DNA of 64,000 nucleotides from Giardia intestinalis (Eukaryota): NCBI GenBank assembly GCA_000002435.2, contig CM018792.1; one strand, 5' to 3'. Shown piece by piece: positions 28,127 to 37,202 of this stretch (position 1 is its first letter; each line of letters starts with the position of its first letter). The notes under the pieces were generated by a model. It saw only the letters and a program-made list of their open reading frames with translations, ran no database searches and was not told where the DNA came from. The position numbers and the translations under genes were made by a program.

Positions 28127-30094
28127 GTGCGAGACGGTCGGGGCCACCGAGATCTGCACCCAGTGCAGGGCCGGGGCGTCCCGGTCGACGGCTTCTGCCG
28201 GCCCCCCGGCTCCCCCCAGGCCGCGGCAGCCGGGTGCACCAAGGAAGACGGGACTGCCCTCGACAAGACGGCAGCCACCTGCGGGAAGTGCGGCGACGGG
28301 TACTTCCTCTTCATGGGCGGGTGCTACAACAAGGATGCACACCCTGGCAGTGACATATGCACACAGGCTGAGGGAGGACTGTGCACTGAGTGTAATACAA
28401 AGAACGGCCTGTTCAAGAACCCGGCTGCAGCACCGAAGCCTGGTAATGAGTGCATTCTGTGCTGGGACACGGTGGGAGATGGCGCGACAAAGGGAGTAGA
28501 GAACTGCGCCACATGTACAGCACCGGGGAATGCAGGAGTAGCTACATGTGATACCTGTCAAGATGGATACTACAAGGACTCTCTGGTATGTATGCAGTGT
28601 GATCAGTCTTGTCTGACCTGCGATGGAAGTGGTCCGAATCAGTGCACCTCTTGTAAGGAGGGGAAGTACCTGAAAGGGACTGAGTGTGTAGACAAAGGTA
28701 CGTGTAAGACTGACTACTACCCCGATGACACTAGCATGACCTGCGTTGCCTGTAGCACCATACAAGATTGCACAGCATGCACAATGGACCAGTCCACGGG
28801 GAAGCCAAAGTGCACTAACTGCGGTAGTCAGAAGATCCCCAGGACGACCCTCGACGGGACCTCGACCTGTGTGGAAAATTCTTATGCTGGGTGTCAAGGC
28901 ACAGACAAGGAGCTGTTCATGAAGGAGGACCAACCGGAGTGCCTGCTGTGTGGAGATGCTACAACGGGAACAGATCCGAAAGATAAAGGCGTCGCTAATT
29001 GTAGGACATGCACTAAAGCCAGCGCTACTGGAGCCGCACCGGTCTGTGAGACATGCAAGGAAGGATACATTAAGAATGGAAATGGTGCGGGCGCCACGTG
29101 TGAGGCTTGTCATCAGAACTGTGCCACATGTTCTGAAGCTACGACAGAAAATAAGTGCCTGACCTGCAAAGAGGGGTTCTTCCTGGCCGGCACCGGCGAA
29201 GGAAAGTGCATCTCGTGCGAGAATGGTAATGATAGTGGCTACAGCGGGCTTGCAGGATGCCTCTCTTGCACAGCCCCAGCCGCCCCGGGCCCGGCCAGCT
29301 GCAACCGCTGCAAGATCGGCTACACGCTACAGGGAACAACGTGTGTGAAGACCTGCGAGGATGAGACTGCCTGTGGGGGGACCTCTGGGGCCTGTGATGC
29401 CATAGTGATCGGTGCCAATGGAAAGGAGCTTCACTACTGTTCCTATTGTGGAGAGGCTAATAAGTATCCTATCAACGGTGTCTGTGTTAGTACTGGTAAT
29501 GAAAATGGGAATACTTGTGCTAAAGGTGTATGTACACAGTGCACTACGGGATACTTTATGTACATGGGAGGCTGTTATAAGGTGACAGAGGTGCCGGGTA
29601 AGTCCATGTGCACAAAGGCAGGCGATGGTGTCTGCACAGAGGCGGCAGCCGGGTACTTCATCCCTCCCTCGCCCACCAAGGACAAGCAGTCCGTGTTGGC
29701 ATGTAGTAACCCCCTTGGTGTCGAGCTGGCTGGTCAGAAGGCATACGTGGGGGTGGATGGCTGTTCACAGTGTACAGCCCCAACAGCTCCATCTGATGCT
29801 GGCATGACCCCCGCTGTGTGTACCTCCTGTGACAGTGATAGGAAGCCCAACAAGGATGGCAGTGGGTGTGTGCTGTGCTCTGTGGGTGGTTGCAAGAGCT
29901 GTGTGATGGATGATGTGTGTGGGGAGTGCAGTGATGGGTACAGTCTGGAGGGTGGTAAGTGTGTGTCCTCTGGCGCCAACAGGAGCGGGCTGTCTACTGG
30001 CGCCATCGCGGGGATCTCCGTCGCTGTGGTCGCTGTCGTGGGGGGCCTCGTGGGCTTCCTCTGCTGGTGGTTCCTGTGTAGGGGGAAGGCGTGA
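28127..30094 (+). CDS. variant-specific surface protein (VSP); body in frame from 28127, 5' end (about 28021..28175) frame-disrupted
   Basis: 655-aa ORF (track start is GTG) packed with CXXC and GGCY motifs (FLFMGGCYNKD, FMYMGGCYKV). It has a C-terminal TM segment and the invariant VSP tail ...FLCWWFLCRGKA. The stop is overlapped by ACTCAGGTAGTGAAC. A signal peptide plus first CXXC block (AFLLIPLFVASTIAVTCQQDGNHTATCAQNKCETVGATEICTQC) lies upstream in the +1 frame, and an ATG at about 28021 lies in the body frame (see findings). Confidence 0.85.
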   Translation: MRDGRGHRDLHPVQGRGVPVDGFCRPPGSPQAAAAGCTKEDGTALDKTAATCGKCGDGYFLFMGGCYNKDAHPGSDICTQAEGGLCTECNTKNGLFKNPAAAPKPGNECILCWDTVGDGATKGVENCATCTAPGNAGVATCDTCQDGYYKDSLVCMQCDQSCLTCDGSGPNQCTSCKEGKYLKGTECVDKGTCKTDYYPDDTSMTCVACSTIQDCTACTMDQSTGKPKCTNCGSQKIPRTTLDGTSTCVENSYAGCQGTDKELFMKEDQPECLLCGDATTGTDPKDKGVANCRTCTKASATGAAPVCETCKEGYIKNGNGAGATCEACHQNCATCSEATTENKCLTCKEGFFLAGTGEGKCISCENGNDSGYSGLAGCLSCTAPAAPGPASCNRCKIGYTLQGTTCVKTCEDETACGGTSGACDAIVIGANGKELHYCSYCGEANKYPINGVCVSTGNENGNTCAKGVCTQCTTGYFMYMGGCYKVTEVPGKSMCTKAGDGVCTEAAAGYFIPPSPTKDKQSVLACSNPLGVELAGQKAYVGVDGCSQCTAPTAPSDAGMTPAVCTSCDSDRKPNKDGSGCVLCSVGGCKSCVMDDVCGECSDGYSLEGGKCVSSGANRSGLSTGAIAGISVAVVAVVGGLVGFLCWWFLCRGKA

Positions 30095-30108
30095 CTCAGG
30101 TAGTGAAC
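30094..30108 (+). promoter_or_regulatory. VSP extended polyadenylation signal ACTCAGGTAGTGAAC
   Basis: Exact fit to the VSP 3' consensus ACTYAGRTAGTRAAY, beginning at the last base of the TGA stop. Confidence 0.6.
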
Positions 30109-30367
30109 GCTCCGTTGGTTGTTAGTGCTCAGTGAGCGTCTGCTGTCCATCCACCCAGTACTGTTCTGAGGGCAGTGTGCGCTGGGAGCGGTCTCCAGGG
30201 CCCTCCCGGCCGGGCGGCGCGACTCGTGCTGGCGTGCAACTATAAAAATAGAGAACAACTGTACCATGATATAGCTAAACAGCCACAATCTCTTACTAAC
30301 TACAGGAAGCACGACCATTGCAATTCCTTTACAAAAGTCTAGCTTCAGATAAAGGATGCTTATATCT

Positions 30368-31705
30368 TCAGGTAGGCATAGACAGGTGAGCAAATATAGT
30401 ATTAAGGAAAGTACTACAAACAGTGCTCTTTACAGATGTAGCGGCATGTAGTGCCAACCTTAAAGTCTTCTCGGTGCCCTCCAATGAAAGAAGCTCACAA
30501 AGGCTGCATTTGTTATCAAGGTAAGCACACCATACAAGGGCTGTCCATCCATTCTTATCTGGTATACCCGCTGCGTAAGGTAATAGGAGTCGTATTGCAT
30601 GTAAGTCCCCTGTAAAAGCTGCGATGTGCAAAGGCGTAAAATGCATCAGCGTATCCTGAAGCATAGCCTCGTAAGGCGCAAGTAATTCTATTATTTCGTG
30701 TCGATGCAGAGAGACTGCTAAGTGGAGGGCTGTGATGTGGCTTAGTAAGTGACCACAGATGGTGACCGAGGAAGCTAGACGCATTCTAGCCTCATAGATC
30801 CGCAGCTTTTCAACAGCAGGAGCACAATTCTTCAGTACTGCTATAAATAAAGCCGTGTGCCCATTTCTGGCCACAAAGCGTGTCGTACTGTAATCAACAC
30901 ATAGAGTGTTCCTTGAAGCATCAGAGCAACCACCTTCAGAAATGGTTTGCATCAAGGGTGTTTCCCCACAGACATCTCGCTTAAGTCCCCTGAAGTAATC
31001 AATTGCTGCTTGGACTTCCGCAATCCGAGGATTCCTGTACAGTACCTGATCTTGGCTATCGCTCTTGACCAAAGTATACTTAGATGGCCGAAATGCAAAG
31101 TCAAGAATTAGCTCTTCTCCTGTCGGCGAAAATGATGTGCTCTTTTTAGATAGGTACCTCCGGACAAGGTCTCGCTCCTTAGTAGCAGAAGCATGGGCCA
31201 GGAACATGCTTTGTAATATAGATGCCAACTTATCTAGAAGGAGCCTACCATATACTGCGCGTGTCTCTATGCGGTTGGATCTGAGAGCAGGGAGGCATCT
31301 TAACCCTTGTATCAGTGATATCGATGAATATCCATAGTCATCCACAGCAATCAAGGAGGCAGAGAGGCAATCGGTAAGCATCGCGAAAACGTCAGGATCG
31401 TCTGTGATCGTAAATAAGTACGTAGCGAGCCCCAAAAGATCAAGAAACACGGAGTAGATGAGCAGCTTTGAAATGGGACAAATAGTAAGGGCTGCCTCAT
31501 CAATAATATCCTGGAGAGAAACAGAGTGCTTCTTTTCAATCTCGCAAACAGCCATGTCCTGCACAAATTTAACACTGAGTATCCTGTTTAGACATTTATG
31601 GTTCAACCCCATTAGTAGTCGCAGGCGCCGGCACAGGTCCATCGACTGTGTTAAGTCCTCAGAAGAACAAGAAACTAAAGGAATAATTTGCAGATCTTGC
31701 GGCAT
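30368..31705 (-). CDS. ankyrin-repeat protein (Giardia protein 21.1-like)
   Basis: Track start 31714 is GTG. First ATG at 31705 (MPQDLQII...). The C-terminal half carries ankyrin repeats (GHTALFIAVLKNCAPAVEKL; TALHLAVSLHRHEIIELL; TPLHIAAFTGDLHAIRLLL; NGWTALVWCAY). Confidence 0.65.
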   Translation of the reverse strand: MPQDLQIIPLVSCSSEDLTQSMDLCRRLRLLMGLNHKCLNRILSVKFVQDMAVCEIEKKHSVSLQDIIDEAALTICPISKLLIYSVFLDLLGLATYLFTITDDPDVFAMLTDCLSASLIAVDDYGYSSISLIQGLRCLPALRSNRIETRAVYGRLLLDKLASILQSMFLAHASATKERDLVRRYLSKKSTSFSPTGEELILDFAFRPSKYTLVKSDSQDQVLYRNPRIAEVQAAIDYFRGLKRDVCGETPLMQTISEGGCSDASRNTLCVDYSTTRFVARNGHTALFIAVLKNCAPAVEKLRIYEARMRLASSVTICGHLLSHITALHLAVSLHRHEIIELLAPYEAMLQDTLMHFTPLHIAAFTGDLHAIRLLLPYAAGIPDKNGWTALVWCAYLDNKCSLCELLSLEGTEKTLRLALHAATSVKSTVCSTFLNTIFAHLSMPT

Positions 31706-31742
31706 CTTCACCACAGCAGCGGAATTTGGGTCTAAGAAGCAA

Positions 31743-32201
31743 TCAATTTTTAGCTGAATTGTCCGACTGCAGCAGCTTTATTTCATACTCGGGCTCATAG
31801 CCTCTTACCGTCAGGGCCGCCAAGAGGTGAGCGGAAAACTCTGCTGCAGTGGTGACGCAGGAGGTGCTAAAGACGCCTTGGCCAGCAACATTTAAAACCA
31901 GTTGGACACCTCCACGGGTCACCGATAACAGGGGATATTGCTCGGGAGAATACTCTATCACGAAGTCGGGGTCAGCTAGCGTTGCTATGTCCCAGTGACA
32001 AATCTGCTCTTCAACTTCCAGAGGTGGTAATTGAGATACGACAGACACATAATCAGCACAAGAGACACCTTCCGGGAGCAGTTGTGAACATATCTGTTTC
32101 CGCTTTTGCAACAAGCAGCGCATGCAGGAGGCAAGACTTGCTGTCTGGTTGCTCTCTGGTAAAGGTTTTACCACAGCGTATAAAAAATAATGGCCAAGCA
32201 A
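31743..32201 (-). CDS. hypothetical protein (track start is TTG; first ATG would give 126 aa from 32123)
   Basis: ORF without a recognisable domain. Its 5' end overlaps the ATG of the divergent HMG-box gene. Uncertain. Confidence 0.3.
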   Translation of the reverse strand: MLGHYFLYAVVKPLPESNQTASLASCMRCLLQKRKQICSQLLPEGVSCADYVSVVSQLPPLEVEEQICHWDIATLADPDFVIEYSPEQYPLLSVTRGGVQLVLNVAGQGVFSTSCVTTAAEFSAHLLAALTVRGYEPEYEIKLLQSDNSAKN

Positions 32202-32741
32202 AAGGATCTCAAGAGCAAGCCAGTAAAGCCGCTGACAGCCTTCTTCATTTACTTCAAAGAGCAGTCTGTGGGCATGACAGAGAAATCTACAATCGAAAAG
32301 GGCAGGATTTTGGGACAGAAGTGGAAGGAGCTATCAGACAAGGAGAAACAGCATTACTATGACATCTATGAGAAAAACATGAAGGCATATAGTACTGATA
32401 TTGCTAACTGGTATCATGCGCATCCAGAGGATAAGATTGCAGATGAGGAGAAAGCCATGAATGCCAAGCACAAGAATAAGACCAAGCAGAGCATTGCCAA
32501 AGAGAAAGAAGTCGCAATGTTTTTTGCCATAGGACACATGCGGAAGCACGCAATGCTCACCGGGGACACCCTTGAGTACAACGAGAAGCTGGCAAAGATC
32601 CTCAAGTCTCGCTTCTACATGCTCAGCGATGCAGACAAGCATGTATGGGAAAAGTTCTGGCATAAGATGGACCCAACCAAGCAAGAGGAAATTGTTGGTC
32701 TTTACAAGTCGTGGAAGGGAGTAAAAAGCTCTACTAAATAG
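32190..32741 (+). CDS. HMG-box DNA-binding protein
   Basis: ATG verified. KPVKPLTAFFIYFKEQ...ILGQKWKELSDKEKQHYYDIYEKNMKAYSTDIANWY is a canonical HMG box (cf. KPKRPLSAY....IGKLWKELSDEEKQPY...YKA). A second weaker HMG-like region follows. 183 aa. Confidence 0.75.
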   Translation: MAKQKDLKSKPVKPLTAFFIYFKEQSVGMTEKSTIEKGRILGQKWKELSDKEKQHYYDIYEKNMKAYSTDIANWYHAHPEDKIADEEKAMNAKHKNKTKQSIAKEKEVAMFFAIGHMRKHAMLTGDTLEYNEKLAKILKSRFYMLSDADKHVWEKFWHKMDPTKQEEIVGLYKSWKGVKSSTK

Positions 32742-32797
32742 AAGCAGCATAGTCCAGTTTTTACTCTTCTTTGCTATTACTTTTCTTTACCTCGCCC

Positions 32798-35700
32798 CTA
32801 CTCCATTTTAGCGGAGGGGGCCGTAACTAGAAACCTCCTAATGAGGTCACAAAAAGGCTTGAGTGAACTTCTGTATGAAAAGTCATTCGCCACCACAAAC
32901 TTCGACGCGCTTGTGATGGTCTCGGAGAAGATGGCAAGGTTTATCTGCATGTTTATCAGCTGCTTAGCGTCTATTAGTACATTTGAATACTTCACTGTCT
33001 CGTCTAAGAGGTTGCTCAGTAAGGCGGTGATCTCACACTGCCTGCACTGCGAATAAAGACACACCTTGACGTAGTCTCTTAGTATTTCCTCTTTCAGTGC
33101 AAACGACACCTTAACACTAGCGCATTCGGGGATTCCCATAAAGTGTGCAATCATGCCAGTGACAAAGTGGTGAATAAATGAGTTCATCATTTGCATCCCA
33201 AGAGCAAACATGTTACTGCTTCTAATCCCCGAGTCACTCGGGTAGGATATCCGGTATCCCAGTTGTTGTTCCAGAGACAGGAATTTGTACTTGTTAAAGA
33301 GGCGTGTATATTCCTGTTGCTGATCAATGTAGAGATTCTCATGTGTGGCAAATTCCTGGCTCAATGGAATCAGCTTCTTATCCAATTTGAACCACAAGGA
33401 ATCAAGCTCAGTACCATAAGAAGATAGATGCGTAGATGATAATTTGAAGATGCAATCACTAGATAAGATGAAGGTAGACACTACATTTGAAATGGCGCTA
33501 TATTCAACCATCCCTAATTTCACTAATTCAACTAACAGCAGCCCTGTGGCTGATGCTTGCTGCTCATTACCAATAGCAATAGCCGACTCCAATGTGTCCA
33601 TCAGTGCTGCCATTATTCGCCGAGACCCTATCTGTAGGTTCTTGCTATCGGAATGGTGCATACATGTAATTAGTGCAGCTAAGGGTCTTACGGTGTCTGA
33701 GGATAGAACGTCTAGTGACAAGAAGACAGTAGAGAGTTCGTGGGGCGTGGGTGCTGGAGGAAGAAGGCGATCGTTGTACATAGCATAGTCGTTCTCAATG
33801 TGATGGAACCGGTTATGCTTATCATACTTTTCTTTAATTTCCTTATAAATCCGGTCATAGAATCCTGCAGGTAGAAAGTCTATCGGATCAGTTCCATGGG
33901 AAAGGTCGGTAAAGTTTAAAAGAGAAAGAGTTTTTGTTAGAAAGCTATGCAAGAGGGGCTCGACATTTGGGGAAAAGTGTGCGATAATGCTGTTCCTCAG
34001 GTCCAGTAAAATGTCCTCCATCGAGACAACTGTCGAGGCAGAGAAATCCTCCACATATGAAAGGCCGTTTTCATTGTCCTCCGGTTCGCTGGAGGATGTC
34101 GTTGTGACGGCAGACCTGCTGTCGTTATTGAGCCTTGTGAGCAAGCTGGTAATATATTGAGGAAACGTGGTGTCAAGCTGCTTAGAATATAATGGCTGAG
34201 CCTCTTTGAGAAAAGAAAGGAGACGTTTCTTGAGCCACTGGTAGGCTAGGGAATGGGTAAAGCGGCCACTGTTAGTATTAAGATAGGAGCGGACGCTGTT
34301 GCTGTATTCTTCGTGAATCCTTTCAAGGTTCGGTGTGCTCCCCTTTCTTTCTTGCTGCTCCTGAATATACTTATCAATGTGCGCCAATAGTGGTTTATAT
34401 CGCACATTCACAAGAACCTCATACCAATCTTTAATCGCCTTTGACTCCTGTCTCTTTACAACATCAGAAACGATGGAGTGAATCTTATTGACATTGATGC
34501 AGATTTCGGGGCAGGAGCTGTACCAGAAGTAATAGTTGTGGTATATAATATTGTATAAGGTCATGATTAGCCGTTTGCTCTTGAAGGATATCTGCTCAAC
34601 ACGAGACAGGCGATTCGACGCCTTAGTCATACAAGATATCAGATCTTTGATTTTTAATAGGTTGAAACACGAAAGGTGGTTGACGCATCTGATAAGGTGA
34701 AAGGTGGCGTCGTCGCGCTCCACATCACGATCCTCATTTATTAAGATCCTAGAGAGGGCATTCTGACATTGGATGTGAGCAGGGTACAGTTTGTGTTCAT
34801 CAGAGTCTGTTTGTAAAGGTCCAACAATTGGAATAATTCTATTAATACAGAGGCATGCATATAGGTGAGCATAGTAGTGGCAACACGTTTCAGGAATGGC
34901 AAACCTCCTGCAAAAGACTTGTCTAAATACACTGTTGATGGTAATGATACTAGTGGTATCCTTGAAATTGAGAAACTTCACCAGAAGAAGTATAATAACA
35001 TGCTCTTCAGTCTGATTTCTTATGGATTGCAGTAGTAATGTAATGTCACCAGGGTTAATACCAATCCTAGTAATCCGCTTGGGGTCAAAAAGAAGATGCT
35101 GCAGCTTCTCAACGGAGCTTGCCCTCGGGGTACTATCATAGTACTGTTTGAAAACACTATCTATAGCCTTCTGTATATCTTTGTTGAGCAGCGCATACAC
35201 AGTGTCTAGATTCTCTTTATACTTATCCTCCAGTACTCTATAGCTCTGTGTTAGGGAAAGGGGATATCTACGCAAGCTATCTATTTCGCTAATCTCGTTT
35301 GTATAAACGTCTGCCAGCTTTCCAGACTCAAAGTTAATAATCGACACATAACGCTCCCGCTCAGATGGGCAAAGATCAAAGGCACTGGTAATGAAAGCCT
35401 TGGTAGATCGCGGACTTACAGAAAGCTGGTTTAAAACAGTAGGTACAATCATATTTAATCCGAGAGTATTGAGGATGTTGCAGAAATAGGTGTTGCACTT
35501 ACATAGATGGTTACCCCATTCAAGCTCTCCGTCGCAAAGTGATTCCTTAGACAAGGCGCCAAACTCCTGCGACAAGATAGAAACTGTCTCCTTGAAAAGA
35601 GCGTAGATTTTGTATTCAACGTGGAAAAGCCTTATCATGTAATCAAAACAGCTAAGGATGCCGCGAGGCAACGTAGACAGCTCTTCACGAGGGATAAGAG

Positions 35701-36589
35701 GCTTAGCGGGGACGAGTGCAAGTGCATCGTGGGATGTGTCAAGCTGGAAAAGCATTGCAATGTGATGTATCAAGGAATTCCTTTCTTCTTGAGAGATGAG
35801 CATCGGAGTATGCTTATCTGGAGTGCAGGGAGTGTTTATGTTATTATTAGTAATCTCTCCGTGTAGCGGACTTATACCGAAGCCGTCCTCAACTGTCTGG
35901 CATAAGAAAGTGTGTAAGAAGGCTGATGTAAAATAAGTTGGATGATAGGCACCGTTAAATACATATGATGAGAGAGTGATTCTTTTGGCTTCTGAAAGGT
36001 TTGCTGGTCGCGGCGGAAGAGAGGAATATTGGCTGATGACTTGTCGAAGGATTGTAAAGGATTCCCTGGCGAGGAGACCGACTAACTCTTCCAGTTTATC
36101 ACTTTTTGCAATCATGCCATAGCGCCACAGTGCGCAAAAAAGAGATACTGCGGAAACACGTTGCTGTCTATTCACGTCCGAGGGTGCAAGGGTTTCATCG
36201 ATATTGTCTCGGAAGGCAGGACCTTTTGGAACTAGCAACTTCTGTACCTGTGAGAGGATAAGCTCTACAATGTTCCTAAAAAAGATCTCTGAGACAAGAA
36301 GCATGTTGAGGACAAACGTCTCTATCTCAGCACGCCTATCTTCCGGGTATTTGAACTCACATATGGCCTTTGCTATATCAATTCCTTGAGTACCGTATTT
36401 GTACGTGTGCATGGTCGAAAAGTAATTATCTGGAGCAGATTCAATGCCTCTAAGCCTCCTTAAGAGGGTATCGACTACACTTTTTTTCGGCACGGGATAT
36501 GCTTCTGAATCAAAGTCGTCGCTCTCCATACCTCTTAGCTCTGCTATGCGGGTCTTACGCTCCTTTCTGTTGATTCGCGGAGGATACAT
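32798..36589 (-). CDS. large hypothetical protein (1263 aa)
   Basis: ATG verified (36589..36587, MYPPRINRKERK). Long ORF, no domain recognised by eye. Confidence 0.65.
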   Translation of the reverse strand: MYPPRINRKERKTRIAELRGMESDDFDSEAYPVPKKSVVDTLLRRLRGIESAPDNYFSTMHTYKYGTQGIDIAKAICEFKYPEDRRAEIETFVLNMLLVSEIFFRNIVELILSQVQKLLVPKGPAFRDNIDETLAPSDVNRQQRVSAVSLFCALWRYGMIAKSDKLEELVGLLARESFTILRQVISQYSSLPPRPANLSEAKRITLSSYVFNGAYHPTYFTSAFLHTFLCQTVEDGFGISPLHGEITNNNINTPCTPDKHTPMLISQEERNSLIHHIAMLFQLDTSHDALALVPAKPLIPREELSTLPRGILSCFDYMIRLFHVEYKIYALFKETVSILSQEFGALSKESLCDGELEWGNHLCKCNTYFCNILNTLGLNMIVPTVLNQLSVSPRSTKAFITSAFDLCPSERERYVSIINFESGKLADVYTNEISEIDSLRRYPLSLTQSYRVLEDKYKENLDTVYALLNKDIQKAIDSVFKQYYDSTPRASSVEKLQHLLFDPKRITRIGINPGDITLLLQSIRNQTEEHVIILLLVKFLNFKDTTSIITINSVFRQVFCRRFAIPETCCHYYAHLYACLCINRIIPIVGPLQTDSDEHKLYPAHIQCQNALSRILINEDRDVERDDATFHLIRCVNHLSCFNLLKIKDLISCMTKASNRLSRVEQISFKSKRLIMTLYNIIYHNYYFWYSSCPEICINVNKIHSIVSDVVKRQESKAIKDWYEVLVNVRYKPLLAHIDKYIQEQQERKGSTPNLERIHEEYSNSVRSYLNTNSGRFTHSLAYQWLKKRLLSFLKEAQPLYSKQLDTTFPQYITSLLTRLNNDSRSAVTTTSSSEPEDNENGLSYVEDFSASTVVSMEDILLDLRNSIIAHFSPNVEPLLHSFLTKTLSLLNFTDLSHGTDPIDFLPAGFYDRIYKEIKEKYDKHNRFHHIENDYAMYNDRLLPPAPTPHELSTVFLSLDVLSSDTVRPLAALITCMHHSDSKNLQIGSRRIMAALMDTLESAIAIGNEQQASATGLLLVELVKLGMVEYSAISNVVSTFILSSDCIFKLSSTHLSSYGTELDSLWFKLDKKLIPLSQEFATHENLYIDQQQEYTRLFNKYKFLSLEQQLGYRISYPSDSGIRSSNMFALGMQMMNSFIHHFVTGMIAHFMGIPECASVKVSFALKEEILRDYVKVCLYSQCRQCEITALLSNLLDETVKYSNVLIDAKQLINMQINLAIFSETITSASKFVVANDFSYRSSLKPFCDLIRRFLVTAPSAKME

Positions 36590-36782
36590 TTTTTAAAACA
36601 GACAGGGCCAGTTTACTGATTGCTGATTGGCTTTTCCCGAAAGCTTGCGAGGCTTAACTGTAGGCCGGCGGGCGTCTCTGATAGATCCTGATAGACAGCT
36701 CTGTTGTCAAACACTTTGCACCCGTTGAGAGCAATGGGAGTAAATCTAAAGTTCCACATCAACAAACATTAGAACATTTTAA

Positions 36783-37202
36783 ATGGCTGACATAGCAGGC
36801 TATATCACAGAGGACCTTAAGTGTACAAACATGCTTACTGATGGTCTCAAGAATATCGCTCTTGAGGCCCGTGAGACAGTTATTTCTCAGTTGGCGACAA
36901 TTCGAGAACTGGAAGAGGAGCACCAAGTCAGCAGCGCACAGCTGCAAAGATTGATGGAGAATATTGGGACGAGATCTGAAACTGCAGCAAGCATGCACAA
37001 GTATCTTACAGAGCTCGAAGAGGAGGACCGACAGATTGCGAAACTTCTTTCAGCTATCAAATACCAAGTGAACACATACTATGGGTGTATCTATCTTTTA
37101 CTGGGTAAGAGGCCACTTGCTATGCCATGGGACGTCGACAGAGTCAGTCCGGTATCTTTGCGTAACAGTTGCACAGTTGACCTCTGTGTAGGGGATCAAT
37201 AG
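36783..37202 (+). CDS. hypothetical small coiled-coil protein (139 aa); 3' end overlaps Kae1 on the opposite strand
   Basis: ATG at 36783 (MADIAGYITEDLK...). The first ~100 aa are heptad-like. The last ~35 aa overlap the convergent Kae1 3' end and look like read-through. Confidence 0.3.
   Translation: MADIAGYITEDLKCTNMLTDGLKNIALEARETVISQLATIRELEEEHQVSSAQLQRLMENIGTRSETAASMHKYLTELEEEDRQIAKLLSAIKYQVNTYYGCIYLLLGKRPLAMPWDVDRVSPVSLRNSCTVDLCVGDQ

Noticed and set aside
28584-28592. GTATGT donor-like hexamers inside the VSP (about 28586 and GTATGTACACAG at about 29527), and CTAACACAG at about 51160 and GTATGT at about 60795 in other genes
   Set aside because: Each lies in continuous, protein-like coding sequence (CXXC periodicity maintained across them). 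The paired motif at the proper distance is missing, or the element is too short (12 nt) to be an intron.
27856-30393. Long antisense ORFs across the VSP (27856..28314 -, 28025..29113 -, 28894..29097 -, 29139..29339 -, 29734..30393 -) and + ORF 27957..28499
   Set aside because: The VSP coding strand is GC-rich with strong codon bias, which keeps the opposite strand open by chance. The translated products are Cys/Ala/Arg-rich nonsense. 27957..28499 is only the shifted-frame 5' part of the VSP (see finding).
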